Shown here piece after piece: positions 49,236-62,185 of a stretch of DNA of 64,000 nt. The notes below the pieces were generated by a model. It saw nothing but the letters and a program-made list of their open reading frames with translations. It searched no databases and had not been told where the DNA came from. Positions within the stretch are counted from its first letter, which is position 1, and every line of letters begins with the position of its first letter. The DNA lies in NCBI GenBank assembly GCA_030704615.1, contig CM060731.1:56854001-56918000 (forward strand), in the 5' to 3' direction. Origin of the DNA: Takakia lepidozioides. Its lineage: Eukaryota > Plantae > Bryophyta. The translations under genes and the position numbers were made by a program.

Positions 49236-52200
49236 GAAAAAAGGTATAGTTATTCATGACATCCATGGGAAGCCAAGAGGACCATGGGCCACAGTAAAAT
49301 CCAGAAAGAAGACAGAAATTTACGACATCCTGGGAGCATGGGACAAAGTGAACAAGAGAGTAATAACTAAAAAGTAGAACTAATCAACACCACAGAACAC
49401 ATCAAACGGCAACTGAGGGAACATGGAGTGCCTCATGCAGGTAAGTTGGTACCCTCATAACTGATAGCCTCCATCACTCTTTGTCCTTCCCAGGAACCTT
49501 CTGTGGGGTTTTATGATTCTCTCTCTCTCTCCACCATCTACTCCATCTCCACTTCCTCGGTGGTGCACACTGGGAAAAAACTAGCCTCATGAGGTATGCT
49601 AGCCCAACAACCTCTTACTCTATGGTTTGTGACAGCAACTCGGAAGGCAACCAGAACCCTTGTCAGGAAGGCAGGGACAGGTGATGATGCAGTTATCCCT
49701 GAAGGCATCTCTGTTACAGGGAATTAGTTGATAGCTGATGCTCTGGTCCCCATGGGAGTTGTTGCCACATGGAACTTTCTGACATCCTAGCATTGTACAT
49801 GAAAACAAAAGACACGTTGGCGAGATCTACTAAGACTCACCGTCATCAACGAGCAAGTTGCAGACACCTAAGCATCTAGCTGATCAAGTGAAGAACATAC
49901 CGCAGCGAAGAATGCTGTGCAGATTCTCAGCCGAAGTCCCATGGAAAGCCAGAATACTGCCAAACTGAGACTTGACAGCCTCAAACACAGATACACCCTT
50001 TGCAGTACCACTTCCCCAAGTGTCTTGTATCTGCAGAAAAGGGAAAAACAAAACCAGCTCAATCCACTTTGGAAACAGACATAGAAGACAAAACAAGAAA
50101 GGACTTGTGGAAGAGGTTAGACATCCTTAGCGCCCCAGGGCAGAGACACAGAGAAGAGAAAGGGAAAGACAATTATTCATGATGGATAAACAGTGGAAAT
50201 ATGGTATACACCTTGGACCTTTTCCGTGATTGTCAGACAGGTGAGAGACTCAAACAGGACAAGACAGAAGTCTGACCTTCAAAACATAGTTTGGCCGACT
50301 CCCCATATCAAAACCCATATGCCTTCTAGAGGATGCCCCTCGAAAACCACCGAGTGCAGATACGTCCGAGAGCTCAGCTAAATCTGGCACAAACTTTACA
50401 TGGTGATGAAACCGCAGTATCCAGTGAAGCAATTTCAGAGCTCTGAGAGGCATTGTCTCCACAGGGTTGGGGTTGCATGCTGAGCTGGTAGACACCAAAG
50501 AGCTGATACCAACAGAGGTCGCATGACCCAAGGAAGCATCTGCCCAGAGGGTTCCATTTGCTGAATGGGCAGCACCTGTAGAGACGTCACAAGTTGCTGG
50601 CGTGACTCGTAAGCCAATGCAAGAATTTAAGGTCAGCACACACACGGATTCAACTGATTAGAATGAATAGGACGAAACACGTAAGTCCAGGTGAATGTCT
50701 GTACCATTAATCTCATCCTCAGAATAAGCCACAACTACTCCCAATGCTTTTAGCGCTTTTGGCGCTAGCACAGCTGCTGGTCACAAGACCCAGTGGATAA
50801 ACTTTAGCATAAATGGCCCTGTTTGTATATTTTCCATCTGAGAAACCCAGCTGAATAACAAAATAACTCAACAGCAAGTTTGTACAGAGACCTAGTATGG
50901 TACTCTTTATGCAGCTATGGCATTCGGCACAAATCAAAGACAAAACAGAAGATCTAGAAGTTCACAAAGATCTAAGGATACTGCTAGCCAAGTCCAATAC
51001 AAATTAAGGACAGACAAACTTCAAACCATATCTTTCTCTTAATCAGTTAGAGTTTCTGATGCATTGAGTTCACCTGCTGTATCACCATTGGCTGCTCCAG
51101 TGTGCAGTGCTGACTTGCTCAAGGCCGATGAACTGTCACAGACTGATGAATCTACAGGCACTGTGATGAGCCCAACTGGACGCCTTCCATAAACTATTTG
51201 AAGCAAGGCTGGGAAGGACTGCACAGCTGCTGCAGCTGCGGAGAAGTCCTTGTCCTTGAAATCACCCACCATAGTAAAAAGTGTGCTTGGGAAAGGGGTG
51301 CACACTGGTCAACACACACCATCATGCACATAAAAGATCCACTTAGTACTGCCAGTTTGACACTAGTATTCAGCAGGAATATCTTGTTAATAAACGGAAT
51401 AGTATCTTGAGATGGGTTACATAAGATAGACTGTGCTAGCAAGATGGCTCCTGCAGGTGAAAATTACAGTTGGTAAATTTGCGACTAGATTCTAAAGTAT
51501 AGTTTAAATCTGTTAAAGTTGCTTACCGGTTATGAACTCAGATATGAACTGATTGTTCAAAAGAGGGAAATTGAGCATTTTGAGATAATATACAGAGGTC
51601 AGGCTCTGCTACACGACAGCACAGTTTTTATGCGCCATCATATATCTGTGTCTGCTTTATTACTATATGTTGGATGCCTCAACAAGTTGCTCTTCCAGCA
51701 TGTTTGCATATTTAAGAGCACCAGATTCGAGGCTAAACATGAAACATCACATCACTGCTGAATAAGCACAAACGAACTGCCACCAGGTTAGCAACTGCCA
51801 GGGTTTCTATAGAGTGGACTTCAAATGAAAGAAGAATCCATGTCACCATACTGATGAGAATTTTCTCTCCCCATAAGATCATGGATCTTTTCATCTTGGA
51901 GAGAAGAGCAAAAATCCTTGATGCAGATTATTCAAGGAGTGATGCGAATTCTTGCTCTAAACACTGAGGAGAAGTGCCTGAGCGGCATCAATTATGGTTC
52001 CTCTTCATTGCATCGGTCAACTGCATACAGTTCGCGAGGTGAACTCAACCTCCTTCGGGATAAAGAGACACCATAATTTACGGTTCCTTCGGGAGGCATC
52101 ATATATTATATATTTTACTCCTCAAGGACTACCCCCCCCAGGGACTGTCTGTCAAGGGGAGGAGCCTGCAAAAATGATTTCAAACACCATCCAGGGTTGT

Positions 52201-53352
52201 TGGTTCAGGTTACAGAAATCACTCATCATCATCTGCCATTCTCACCAGAGAGTGATCCTCTTCAGGACCATCAAGAACATCGTCCCTGCACCTCTATTCA
52301 CCAACTTTGTAAATCTTGAGGCTGGACCTAAAGCAGTGGCCCTGTTGGGGCCTGATTGCTGGGCAGCTCACACACAGCAAGTTGATGCTTGTGTGAAGGG
52401 CTCTCTAGAGGACATCTGGAAAACCGGAACTAATTGGCTTTATCAAGGTAAGTCGCATTACCAGAGTGAGCCCCTCACAAAGGTAGTATCCCTTCGTTCC
52501 GCCAAAACTGGGCAGGGGGTCTATGGCCATAAGACTCCGGCAAACGACGTCTTATGAGTACATTTTTATATCATCATCGGCCAAGCCTGGACAGACCCGT
52601 CCAGTTTCTCACAGGAAGTCGGCACCGATTGTGCAAAGAATGCATATAGACTGTAGCTGGCGTATCTCGAGCTCCACTAGTCCTGTATGTGACGTAAACA
52701 AACAGGATGCAAACGTTCACCACTGTGTCTGTGCCGTTCTTCCTTCTGTAAATTACATACTTTTGGGAAGAGACTGCAAGAGTTGGGAAAGACCTAAGGT
52801 AATAATAAGGACGAGTTGTGGACGTAGCGAACTGTCTGAAGGAGTACACACAAAGTGCAGGACCATTTCACAATCCAAACCATCCAGCACTGGTCCAATG
52901 GTTGGCCACAACACTAAAAAATACAGCTAATGACCGTCATGTTCGTTGCGTCTTAAAACGCCAATCTCTGTATGTCCCCACACACCCCCCCCTCCCTCTC
53001 TCTTTCACACACACAAACACCTGATCATTGGCAATGCATTAGCTGTGTTCTCACAACATTGCATGAGAGACACACTCAGAAGAGATTTGGCAGTCGAACT
53101 GATCTCTCTGTATCTCTCTAACCCACCTGCCATCCACCCCTGAGAACTAGAATCCCCAACAGATATTCTTTGGAGGAATTTGACGGGGCCAAAAGACAAA
53201 CCAGAAGGTCGACGGTAGCTGCAGAGCGATTGAACGAAGGCAGACACGAGAAAATCGGCGCCCTCTACAGACCGTGTGCAAGCTTCATACACCCATAGCT
53301 CAAGCCTTGCCCGCTCCGCTGCCTCCCCTTCCGTGCTTACACTTGTGGCCAT
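48039..53352 (-). CDS. PARP16: PARP16-like tail-anchored mono-ADP-ribosyltransferase, 5 exons, 482 aa
   Basis: Exons 53352-53202, 51304-51074, 50575-50277, 50030-49901 and 48676-48039 are phase-compatible and sum to 1449 nt; SYRRPSVCTPFP; AFHGTSAENLHSILRCGL; FGEGVYLS; CEV; HAYILV; hydrophobic C-terminal helix. Confidence 0.85.
51850..52565 (+). mobile_element. 3' portion of a degenerate LINE in PARP16 intron 1; shorter 3'-end copies at 48997-49194, 48766-48819, 31907-32001 and ~11684-11790 (all - strand)
   Basis: Shared HTQQ(V/I)DACVKGxLEDIWKT...GHK(T/A)xAN(D/N)VL sequence; the copies at 31907 and 52565 share the 3' end CTTATGAGTACATT; variable 5' truncation. Confidence 0.6.
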
Positions 53353-54399
53353 CCCCTCTCCCTCACACAACAAATCCTACTTTCCCCTCTGTCTCTTTCT
53401 GCACATAACTATCTACCACTGCAATCCTCCGAAATCCTCCCTCTCTGTAAACCCAACTCCTCCATTGACCGTCTCTCTCTCGCTCTCTCTCGCTGTGCTG
53501 TTGAAGCGGCGATCCGACCGAGCTGAAGAAGATAGAGCTCGATTCACGGATGAAGCGCGTCCATCCACTCATCCTCTCATCATCCACGATCATCCGGGAG
53601 AAAGCCCTAGGTCCTTGCTTGATTGCAGGTATAAAGATCTCTCTTCCCCCCGCCACACACTACAGAGTCGTGGCCTCACTACAGCTTGGCGGCGATCGAG
53701 TTTTTGCGTTTGTGGGTGCGTAGTAGATTCTGTGCTTTTGCGGGTTTTTGGGTGAGGTTTCTGTTGTTGGTTTCTTAGCTTCCTGTTGTTATTCGTACTG
53801 TAAGTCGCTGTGTCTTTCCGATGTTTTCTGTGCTGGGGATGCTGCCATCTGGATATTTTGTTGTTCACTCTGCTTGTGTTGGCCTCTATACTGTGAACTT
53901 TCTAGTTTGCTTGATCATGTGCGTGGGGGATGGATCCAAGGAGGTCTCTCTTTCTATTCCCCGTCCTACTGTTGTAATCTTGGGCCCTATTGTGCTTGTT
54001 GTTGCTTTCGCTACTGAGTGACAAGGATGGAAGTGAGGACACTTTCCCCGGATGAACGACGCTGATTCCACAATGCATTTGTGCTCTTATTGAGCCAAGC
54101 CAGTAAATCTGATCCTTTCTTGTCTACCCCCATATGACTTCATGTTTTGTAGTCGTTCTGAATGATTGATGGTGTGTGGGTGTTGGGCACGCTGGCTGGC
54201 ATGCCCCCATGGAAGCGTTCTGTCTTAACGAGTTTTTGTCTTGGTACGGTCATCTATCGTGTCCCAAATTTCTGGATAGCTTCTCAGGCAGCCTGCTGTG
54301 CTCTCTATGTGCAAGCACGGCGTTCTGTTATCCGGAGATGAATTTCTTGATCTTTTCTGACTCCTGATCGGTTATGATTTGAGTCACGTAACTCAAGAG

Positions 54400-55640
54400 T
54401 ACATTGGCAGTTCCCATGAGCATCTTTTCTCGAAGGTCTGTCGGTTACCCTAGTGGTTTTAGGACGCTGTGTTTTGGTCTGAGGCCCTTCTTGTTCAGAC
54501 TCCCCGTTTTTCTAATCTCAAGCGGCTGCTTTTCAGCTGATGTACCCCAAAAGTCCAACCGAAGATATTGTCGTCAACGTGGCCGTGAACGACGCATGCT
54601 GAACAGCAAACATCTTCATTGCATCTCCAATTTAAAAATTAAACTAACTGTGTTGGGCTTGATTCTAGACTGGAAGGAAGCGTACCTTATACAACTGGGA
54701 TCTGAATTGGAATCTCGCACAACCTTCTGTGAGAGTGTTGTCAATTCCCAATTGTGCTCGTTTCTGTCTGAACTTCACCAATGAACCCGTAGCTGCTGGC
54801 ATCAGCTTCTACCGCTCGAGATGAATAACTAAGTACACGGAATGGAATGAATCCAGCATTCACTCAAACAGCATCACGCGAATGCATCAGAGTACATCTC
54901 ACACCGGAAACATCTACCTCGCAAGAGCAATCTGTCTCCTTCACAGCTTCCAGTGTTCCCCGTCGAAGTGGTTTACTGGGTCTGAATGTTTGGAGGATAC
55001 CCTCGAGCATATCTGATTCAGTTAGTAGGACAAGGCCATCGAAATCTGCCTCGTTGAAGCTCAGAAGCTCAGTCAGACGAGAATGCAAACCTCGAGAAAG
55101 GATAGGGATATCATTCGTCCACGAGCTACTGCTTTCATCCGTACATCTGTAAATTAGGTCATCTCCCCAGCCCCTCAAAGATCTGCGGGTTTAGGTCTCG
55201 AGCCAGTGAATAATCGTCAGAACCACACATCAGGGGACCAAGTCCAACGGTCTAAGGGTTGGACCTTTGGATAGTAGGAAGTTCCAAAGGATAGGGAAGC
55301 CCAGAAGTGCGAGCCGCCACAGCCGGTTTGATGGTCTGGAGTCTGGAGGGCACAGCGACGTCGCTCGACTTTCCATCTCCTTCGATCTCAGTAGCGAGTC
55401 TTTTGATCTGAAATATGGGTGGGTGCTTTCACCCACCCGAAGATTCTTGCCTTGATTGCGAGTTCCTTGCAGATTATTCGCCGAAAAGACAAAGCCAGAT
55501 GAGTGAAAACTAGAAACATTGAAACAGGAGGGGGAAGGAGAGCTGTGTCGTCGAGAGTTTGGGACTGTGTATCTCAAGCGCAGAGGTCGGGTCAGTATTA
55601 GGGTTTCACCTTCGGGAGACACAGGTCCAAGCGGTTCTAT
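54400..55640 (-). mobile_element. Possible degenerate LINE ORF1 / 5' region
   Basis: Broken minus-strand ORFs with a knuckle-like CSACVVHGH and a GNCQ segment resembling an APE endonuclease start; weak. Confidence 0.3.
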
Positions 55641-55784
55641 TGTCGCATGTTCTTCTCACTGGTTTGTCCTGTGTAACGATAAATTTTGCAGATAGGAAGA
55701 GAAGTGTGTTGTCATCTCAACGAACAAGGGTTTTGTAGCCGGGTTTTTCTATATACTTGAGAGGGTTTTGGAGGAGCAGACACT

Positions 55785-58030
55785 ATGCCCGGGCCTACCA
55801 ACAAGAAGGAAGGAAACGATTTCAATCTTGCAATGGCGAAAGGCATGGACATGTCCAGTCCGAGGGTTTGCGTTAGGGCTTTGACCGCCAGCCACAGTAG
55901 GATTACTGCGCTGAATGCAAATGGATCAGGGCTGCAATCTGACATGACAATTCGTGAAGAATTAAAGAAGGAAGACAGAAGTTGTGCAAAATTGAATAAA
56001 AAGAAACATAAACGGAAACGGAAAAGGACGACGAGTCATTGCTCGGAGACCACATCGGGCTACTCAACTAAACTATTGCATGGGGCCAAAGTTAGGGAGC
56101 GAGTGCCAATTGAAGTAGATTTGGGATGTCGGAGGAGGGAAGGTGACAAGGTATGTGGATTTTTTATCCCAACTTATTTCTTACCCGTATGGAATCACTG
56201 CAGGTATTTGTTCGTGGTCTTTGTTTTTTCTGCTTGTAGCAAGCAAGTGGTTGAGCAAGGAGAGACTAGCTACACTATCACGAGTCAGGGTTCAGGATCA
56301 TTAATCGTGAACCCTAAACCTATCCTTACTCTATTTTTGCACAGGCAATTTTGGTTGTGGGAGTGTCCTTCAGTGCACTGAAAGTGGTTTTGCACCTCTT
56401 GAATCATTTCTGACTCTATTTGAAGAATGCCTCGGCCCAGCCACAGATCTGGCTTCTTACCTTTATTTCCAGTGCCTGGGTTCTGGACATGGCAGCTGCT
56501 TCTATCAACAACATGACTGCCTTCAAGCTACGTTTATCATATTTTCCCTGAAGGCACTTCAAATGTTCTTTCCAAATGTGGTTGCAGAGTGGCAAGCTGC
56601 TCAGAAACCAAGATTCCTTGGCTGAAGGGGATTCTCAAGCATGTCGCTCAAATTTTGAAGTGGCTACTGAAATCACTTTTAACAGGCCATCATGTGGGAA
56701 CCGTCCAGCAACTAATCTCTCTACAATCCCACTTGGGGGACAAGACAAGGCAGAAATTCCATTGATGGAGGGGGCTTCAGCGAAGCTGAAATTCCCATCC
56801 AAGAAACGCAAGAGACTTGAGCTTGATCGTGAGGAAGAGGCTGCGGAAATACCAAATGTGGAAGGGGCATCAGCAAAGTTGAAAATCCCAACCATGAAAT
56901 GCCAGAGACTTGAGCACAACACACTGAAGGAAGAGGTTGCGGAAATACCAATGAAGGAGAGGGCTTCAGCAAAGCTAAAAATCTCAACCAAGAAGCGGAA
57001 GAGACTTGAGCGCGAAGGACTCAAGGAAGAGGCTGACAAGGCAGAGCAGTCTTCAGCAGCAACAAAGGCACGACTTTCTGAGGGGGAAAGGGTGTGGCAA
57101 TACGTGTGCAAAAGGGCAGTGCTTGTGGACCCAAGCGGCTATACAAGCAACCACCTATTGGGCATTGGGTCTATGACAAGTCGGCTTAACACACAAGCAG
57201 AAAAGACTGTGTTTGGACAGAAGACAAAAGTTACGGAGGTAGTAGTCAATGGGAAGAAATTAGCTGTGACTATTACAAAAGAGGGGGCTGTTGCTCAAGA
57301 GTGGATCCAGAGGCAGGAAGGCACAGTGTTTGGCATGGATGCAGAATGGAGGCCAAGCTACACAAAGGGCGTTCAACACAAAGTCGCTCTCTTGCAAGTA
57401 AATGCTTGGCTTTGTCTTCTTTTCCTCAGTCGATTTGCAACTTGTTGCCAATGGCTGCTTTTATGTGCAGACTTAGTGCTGGAGGCCTCACACTAGTGGT
57501 TTTTCATTCTTGGACTTGCAAATGTCCCCTGCCATCTAGAACCTGGTCTCAGCAGACCTTACATGGCAGGTAGTGCTTTGACAGGTTGGGGCTTTGATAT
57601 GGGTTAAATCTGGACTGGTATGCAGGTATGTGGCGAGACTGAATGCTTGTTGCTCCAAATGTTGTTCCTGGACACAATGCCTTGGGCTTTAGTCGACTTT
57701 CTCAAGAACCCCAACATACGTTTTGCTGGGGTAGGAATCACCGGCGATGCAAAGAAATTGCTGCAAGATCACAGACTGGAGTGCACCGGAGCAGTTGAGC
57801 TTACAACGTTGGCTTCGAAACATCTGAATCAGGCAGGGCTAAAATATCTCGGTCTGAAGGCGCTCGCCAAACTGGTCATTGACTTTGAGATGGAAAAACC
57901 CAAGAAAGTGACTATGAGTAACTGGGCAAAGCCTTTACTGGATCATATTCAAGTTGAATATGCTTGCCTTGATGCATGGGTTTCATATGCTATTTACAAG
58001 AAGTTACTTGACATGACAACGTGTTGTTGA
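55785..58030 (+). CDS. WEX/Werner-like DEDDy 3'-5' exonuclease with a long basic, repeat-containing N-terminus (predicted 3 exons, 526 aa)
   Basis: Exons 55785-56150, 56588-57397 and 57626-58030 are all phase 0 with GT-AG; ExoI FGMDAEW, ExoII GITGDAKKL, ExoIII EYACLDAW. Exon 1 is less certain. Confidence 0.82.
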
Positions 58031-58046
58031 CTATTATATCATTCTA

Positions 58047-58120
58047 CCCAGTCGTTAGCTCAATTGGATAAGAGCACGGAGTGCCACCCGGGCGATTCTG
58101 GGCTCAAATCCTGCCACCTA
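58047..58120 (+). mobile_element. tRNA-derived SINE-like head just after the exonuclease stop codon
   Basis: TAGCTCAATTGG A box and GGCTCAAATCC B box; related sequence at ~60790-60850, ~38120-38185 and 152-275. Confidence 0.55.
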
Positions 58121-61100
58121 TTGTGCGAGGTGTTATTTTGAACCCCCTCCCTTGGGGCAGTGCCCATGAGCATTGTGCTTGGCGCCTCATGGCGAGGTTT
58201 CTTGGAAAGAGGTTAGTTTCTCCTCTCACTTGGATTAACGGCTCGATTGAGAGCAGTCGCCCCCAGGTATTTCCTCCGTAAACCCAGGAAAATCCCATTT
58301 CTTTGGCAGGTTAGTGGCAAGTCGATTTTGTCACTTTCCAATTGATTGCTGAGATGAGAAGCCATCACAAGAGGTTTTACATTGATCTAGTCTCTGTTAG
58401 AACCAACTAACAGATTTCTACCACATTGGGAATGAGCTGAAGGTTCTAATTTGACTCAATTGTTCCAGATATTAATTTATATATTTCTGTTAGTACAAAT
58501 GCACCAGCCTATTGTCTCAAGAGATTTTCAAGCCTGTCTCCTTTTGGACACTGTTAGAAGGCCTCAGCCAATTTTTGTTCTCCTTGATAAAATGTACTAT
58601 TCTTCAGATTAGGGGTGCTTGCTTGTTGCAGTGGCAGAATAGGTTAATCATTGAATTCCCTGGAGATATTTGTTATTGTACCTTTATACCACATGGTATC
58701 CAATGACTGTGGACCAGATGTTCCTTTCTTTGGGGGACCAACTGTCTGGCCCACAGTTCAGTGACTGTACACAGCCGGTGATCTAGCAGAGTGACTGCAA
58801 GCCATGCACTTTGCATATTGTAATTATGGTTTGCAGTTGGCATAAGTGGGTGATCCAAGTCAGGAGTGGTTGTGATCTGGAATTTCCAGGTACATGGTCC
58901 TTTCAAGATGGTTGTACGTGCTCCCAAGTGGCTATGTGTTCCGGGTGTGGTTCCTGCGTTGTTTTCCTAATTGTTCTTCCTGATTTACTGGCAAACAAGC
59001 AACTGCTGCATTTGGTCCACAACTTGATGATCACATTTGGAAAAATATCCCAAACCATTGGAGTGATCATAACCAAACATTCATGTGCCCTAGCTAGAAG
59101 TGCAAGCTGTGTCTTTAGATTGTTTAAAGTTGGACCTTTGAACTTGCTTTACTCTTTGCTCTCTATTGTGTCTTTGTGGGCAGCACAACACATCCTTTGG
59201 TGGAATCCTACAGTGCATAACTAAGTCCTTGGTGCTGAATGCACAGATCTATGTTGTAGAGTTTGCAAATTCCAAATTCCCAAACCTGTGTAGTGCCCAA
59301 TAGGTGGTCAAGTTTCTAGAAAGCAATTTTGCAGCACGACTGCGGGATCTCCTCATGGAGAGCATTCAAATTGCTGATCCAAGTGGGTCACCCTCAGCCT
59401 ACCTTGCTTACCTTGAGATCTTACCCATTTTCTACTCTTTTCAGCTTTAAAAGATAAAGGCAAAGGCCTTAATGAAACTGAACTCCAGTATCAAACATTG
59501 TGCAACAGATGCATGTAGCTACTTCTTGAAAGTAGAGGAAGTAGTTTGACAGACTGTACAGGCATGTTCGTAAGAACCGAGGCAGCCAGGCACCTGAAAC
59601 CTTGCCAGGAACCCAGCTACCATATCTATGTCAAGAATGCAAGGATGCAGTCCAAGGCCTAACGGAGTGTGAGATATGGAGTAAGGTATAGGCACCGACA
59701 ACCAGATCAACGTGGACACAACAGGAGACGTTCCACCCAACTGGACCCACTCTCTTTTATGTTGGGCACTGTTGGCTCAGGAGACCCTTCCATTTTGCAG
59801 AGCCGGTGAGGGAAAGGTGTCCCTACAGTTGTTGGAGAGAGAGAGTGAGATGGTGGCAGCTTTCCATCCATCTTGTTGTGTCTTCCTGCATCCGCCATTG
59901 CCAGTCCTTCAACCGCACAATGAGTGAGACTAGATAGCAAGGTCACTCTTCTTCATCACTACCAAGTGACGAGCTGCCAGTGTCCTGCCATGTGCCAATA
60001 ATTCGAGGTCGCATTCAAAGTTCCCTGAACAAATTTTGAGCGTATATTGCCTGAGGTAAGCCTTGAAGGGGCTCCTTCCCTGCCTGCTCATAACAACCAA
60101 ATAATTTGGGAATATTGTTGGCAGTGTTTGGCTGGAACTTAGAGGACCCTTACATATCTAAATTCAGCATCATAATCTTGCACCATTACATCCAATAAAA
60201 AACAAATGTGGACGCATTGCAGAAGCGAAAGTAAATTATGGTGTCACTTGGCCCCCCAAGGCCTACTACCATACTATGAAAGGTGGACACCTTAACAACA
60301 TCTAACATGTGGTGTCAGGTTTGAACCCAGAACCACTAATGAAGCGGTTTATGCCCTTATATCACTGGGCTTAATGTTGGTAAAAATAATTCTCAGCAAA
60401 AAGTTTACAATCCTCTGATTTAAGAAACTTTATTTGGGTAAATATGTAGCGCAGTTTCATTCGGCCCTGTTCATTCTAAAGTGGTCCAGGTATTAGAGTG
60501 GGGGGCATATGTAGTAAGGCCACGTGTATTAAGGAATGAGATCAAGGGGTCCGAAAAAAGAAGGGAGAATGGGTCCAAGTTTAAGTGGAAGAGAACTTAT
60601 TTTGGTAAAGGTGCTCTTCTTCTCTGTGAGTACATAGCTGGCCGACCGCAACTCTCAGAAATGTTTTCCGGGGTGCTTTCCTTTTCGAGCGATTGCGATT
60701 TGTGTAATAGACATGACAGTCAATTATTGAGGCGCATATGTGGGGTTGTTGGACCCCGACACCTATGGCCTTTCATGTCATGAAACATCCACCACCAGAG
60801 CCCTGAGTGCCACCTAGGTGATTTGAGTTCAAATCCTGCTACCTGCCGTTAATTAATAAATAAGAATGTTTTTAATGTCAGTTCACTGCATGATACTTTG
60901 TTTGGCTTGTCGCGATTGTTCATCTTCAAATATTTTTTATTTTTATTTTTTTCAGATATAATTTATAGAGCCCACCCCCAAAAGGCGGCAGTATTTGTGA
61001 GAGGAAGAGGCTCTTATGTAGCTGGAGTCATCTCTCTCTCTCTCTTCATACCGTAGCCTCTTATACGGTTGGGCAGAAAATAATTATTTTAAGCATTTGT

Positions 61101-62127
61101 CCAAAAAACATAAAATTCAGAACTTAATAGTCCAATCATGCAAAATTATTGAAAACAAATGCTGAAATTTTATAAATTTTCATCGAAAAATGCCCAAATC
61201 TTCAAAATTATGATTAAATATGTTTTGAAATTATCTGGAGCTGAAATTATCTTTGATTCGTGTGCTTCATGTGGAAGTAATTACATGAAGCGCAGTTTTC
61301 ACATATGAATGTTGTCGTGTCTGTTTGAGAATCCCGTCGATTCTGGAGGAGAGGAACGTGCTCATCGTAGGTCAACCTCTCGCAGTTTCTGATTAATAAG
61401 GCGCTTATTTGCAATACCTACCCATCAGGCTTCTCACTTGCATCAGCGAATGATCTATCTGTAAAAGTGCAGCATACAGAATACCCCACTCGGAAACACG
61501 AATCAGCATGTGACAACACTTCCACTCACATTCTGGAGCGAAAGCAGTCTCACCGCTCGTATCCGACAAGCATGTGCGAGATAGCTGTAGGGAAGGACGG
61601 CGCATAATGCCAGTATGAATACCTTGATGACTTTGAAAGAGGATGTAATAAGGGCTGGGGTGTCGTGGACCAGTGCGGGTATGTCTGTCTTTACTACCCG
61701 CTCGCAATCAGTCTGAGATCTGTGGGCCCACCATCCAGGTAGCCTTTGTTATTAGCGTCCTGACGTCCTGACTCCTGGATGCCCTTCACTCCACCTGCAT
61801 GTGTGGATGCATAGCCCTTGGGTTAGAGGCTGCTACATCTTCCGAGTCGTTCTGCACTGGTCAAGAGACTTGTAGTTTGGGTTGGGTTCAGCTCATTTTG
61901 AGCAGTAGGTATTGGTAAGTGAGTTGGACCGGATTCCTCTCTCTGTCTTGAGACGTATTCTCTACCGGTATACTGTCCTCTCTCTTTCTCTCTCTCTCTC
62001 TCTCCTTCCTGTCTTGTTGTTGCGTATACTCTTGCGGTGTTGGAAAATGGCGAGAAGGGCAGGTAACTGAGAGGTTGCGGCTCTGGAAAACACTCTCTAG
62101 GAACGTTCGAGGAAGCTTTTTGTGACC

Positions 62128-62185
62128 ATGGCCATGAAAGCGCGAGATATAATGGGGTGTCTCCTGTTGCTGTTGGTGCTCACTG
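62128..62185 (+). CDS. Possible first exon of a secreted or membrane protein gene continuing past the window
   Basis: MAMKARDIMGCLLLLLVLT followed by G|GTACGC donor; CT-rich leader at ~61975-62005. Confidence 0.3.

Noticed and set aside
58500-60150. Possible decayed LINE ORF2
   Set aside because: Only vague Cys-rich hints and no recognisable RT motif, so it was left unannotated.
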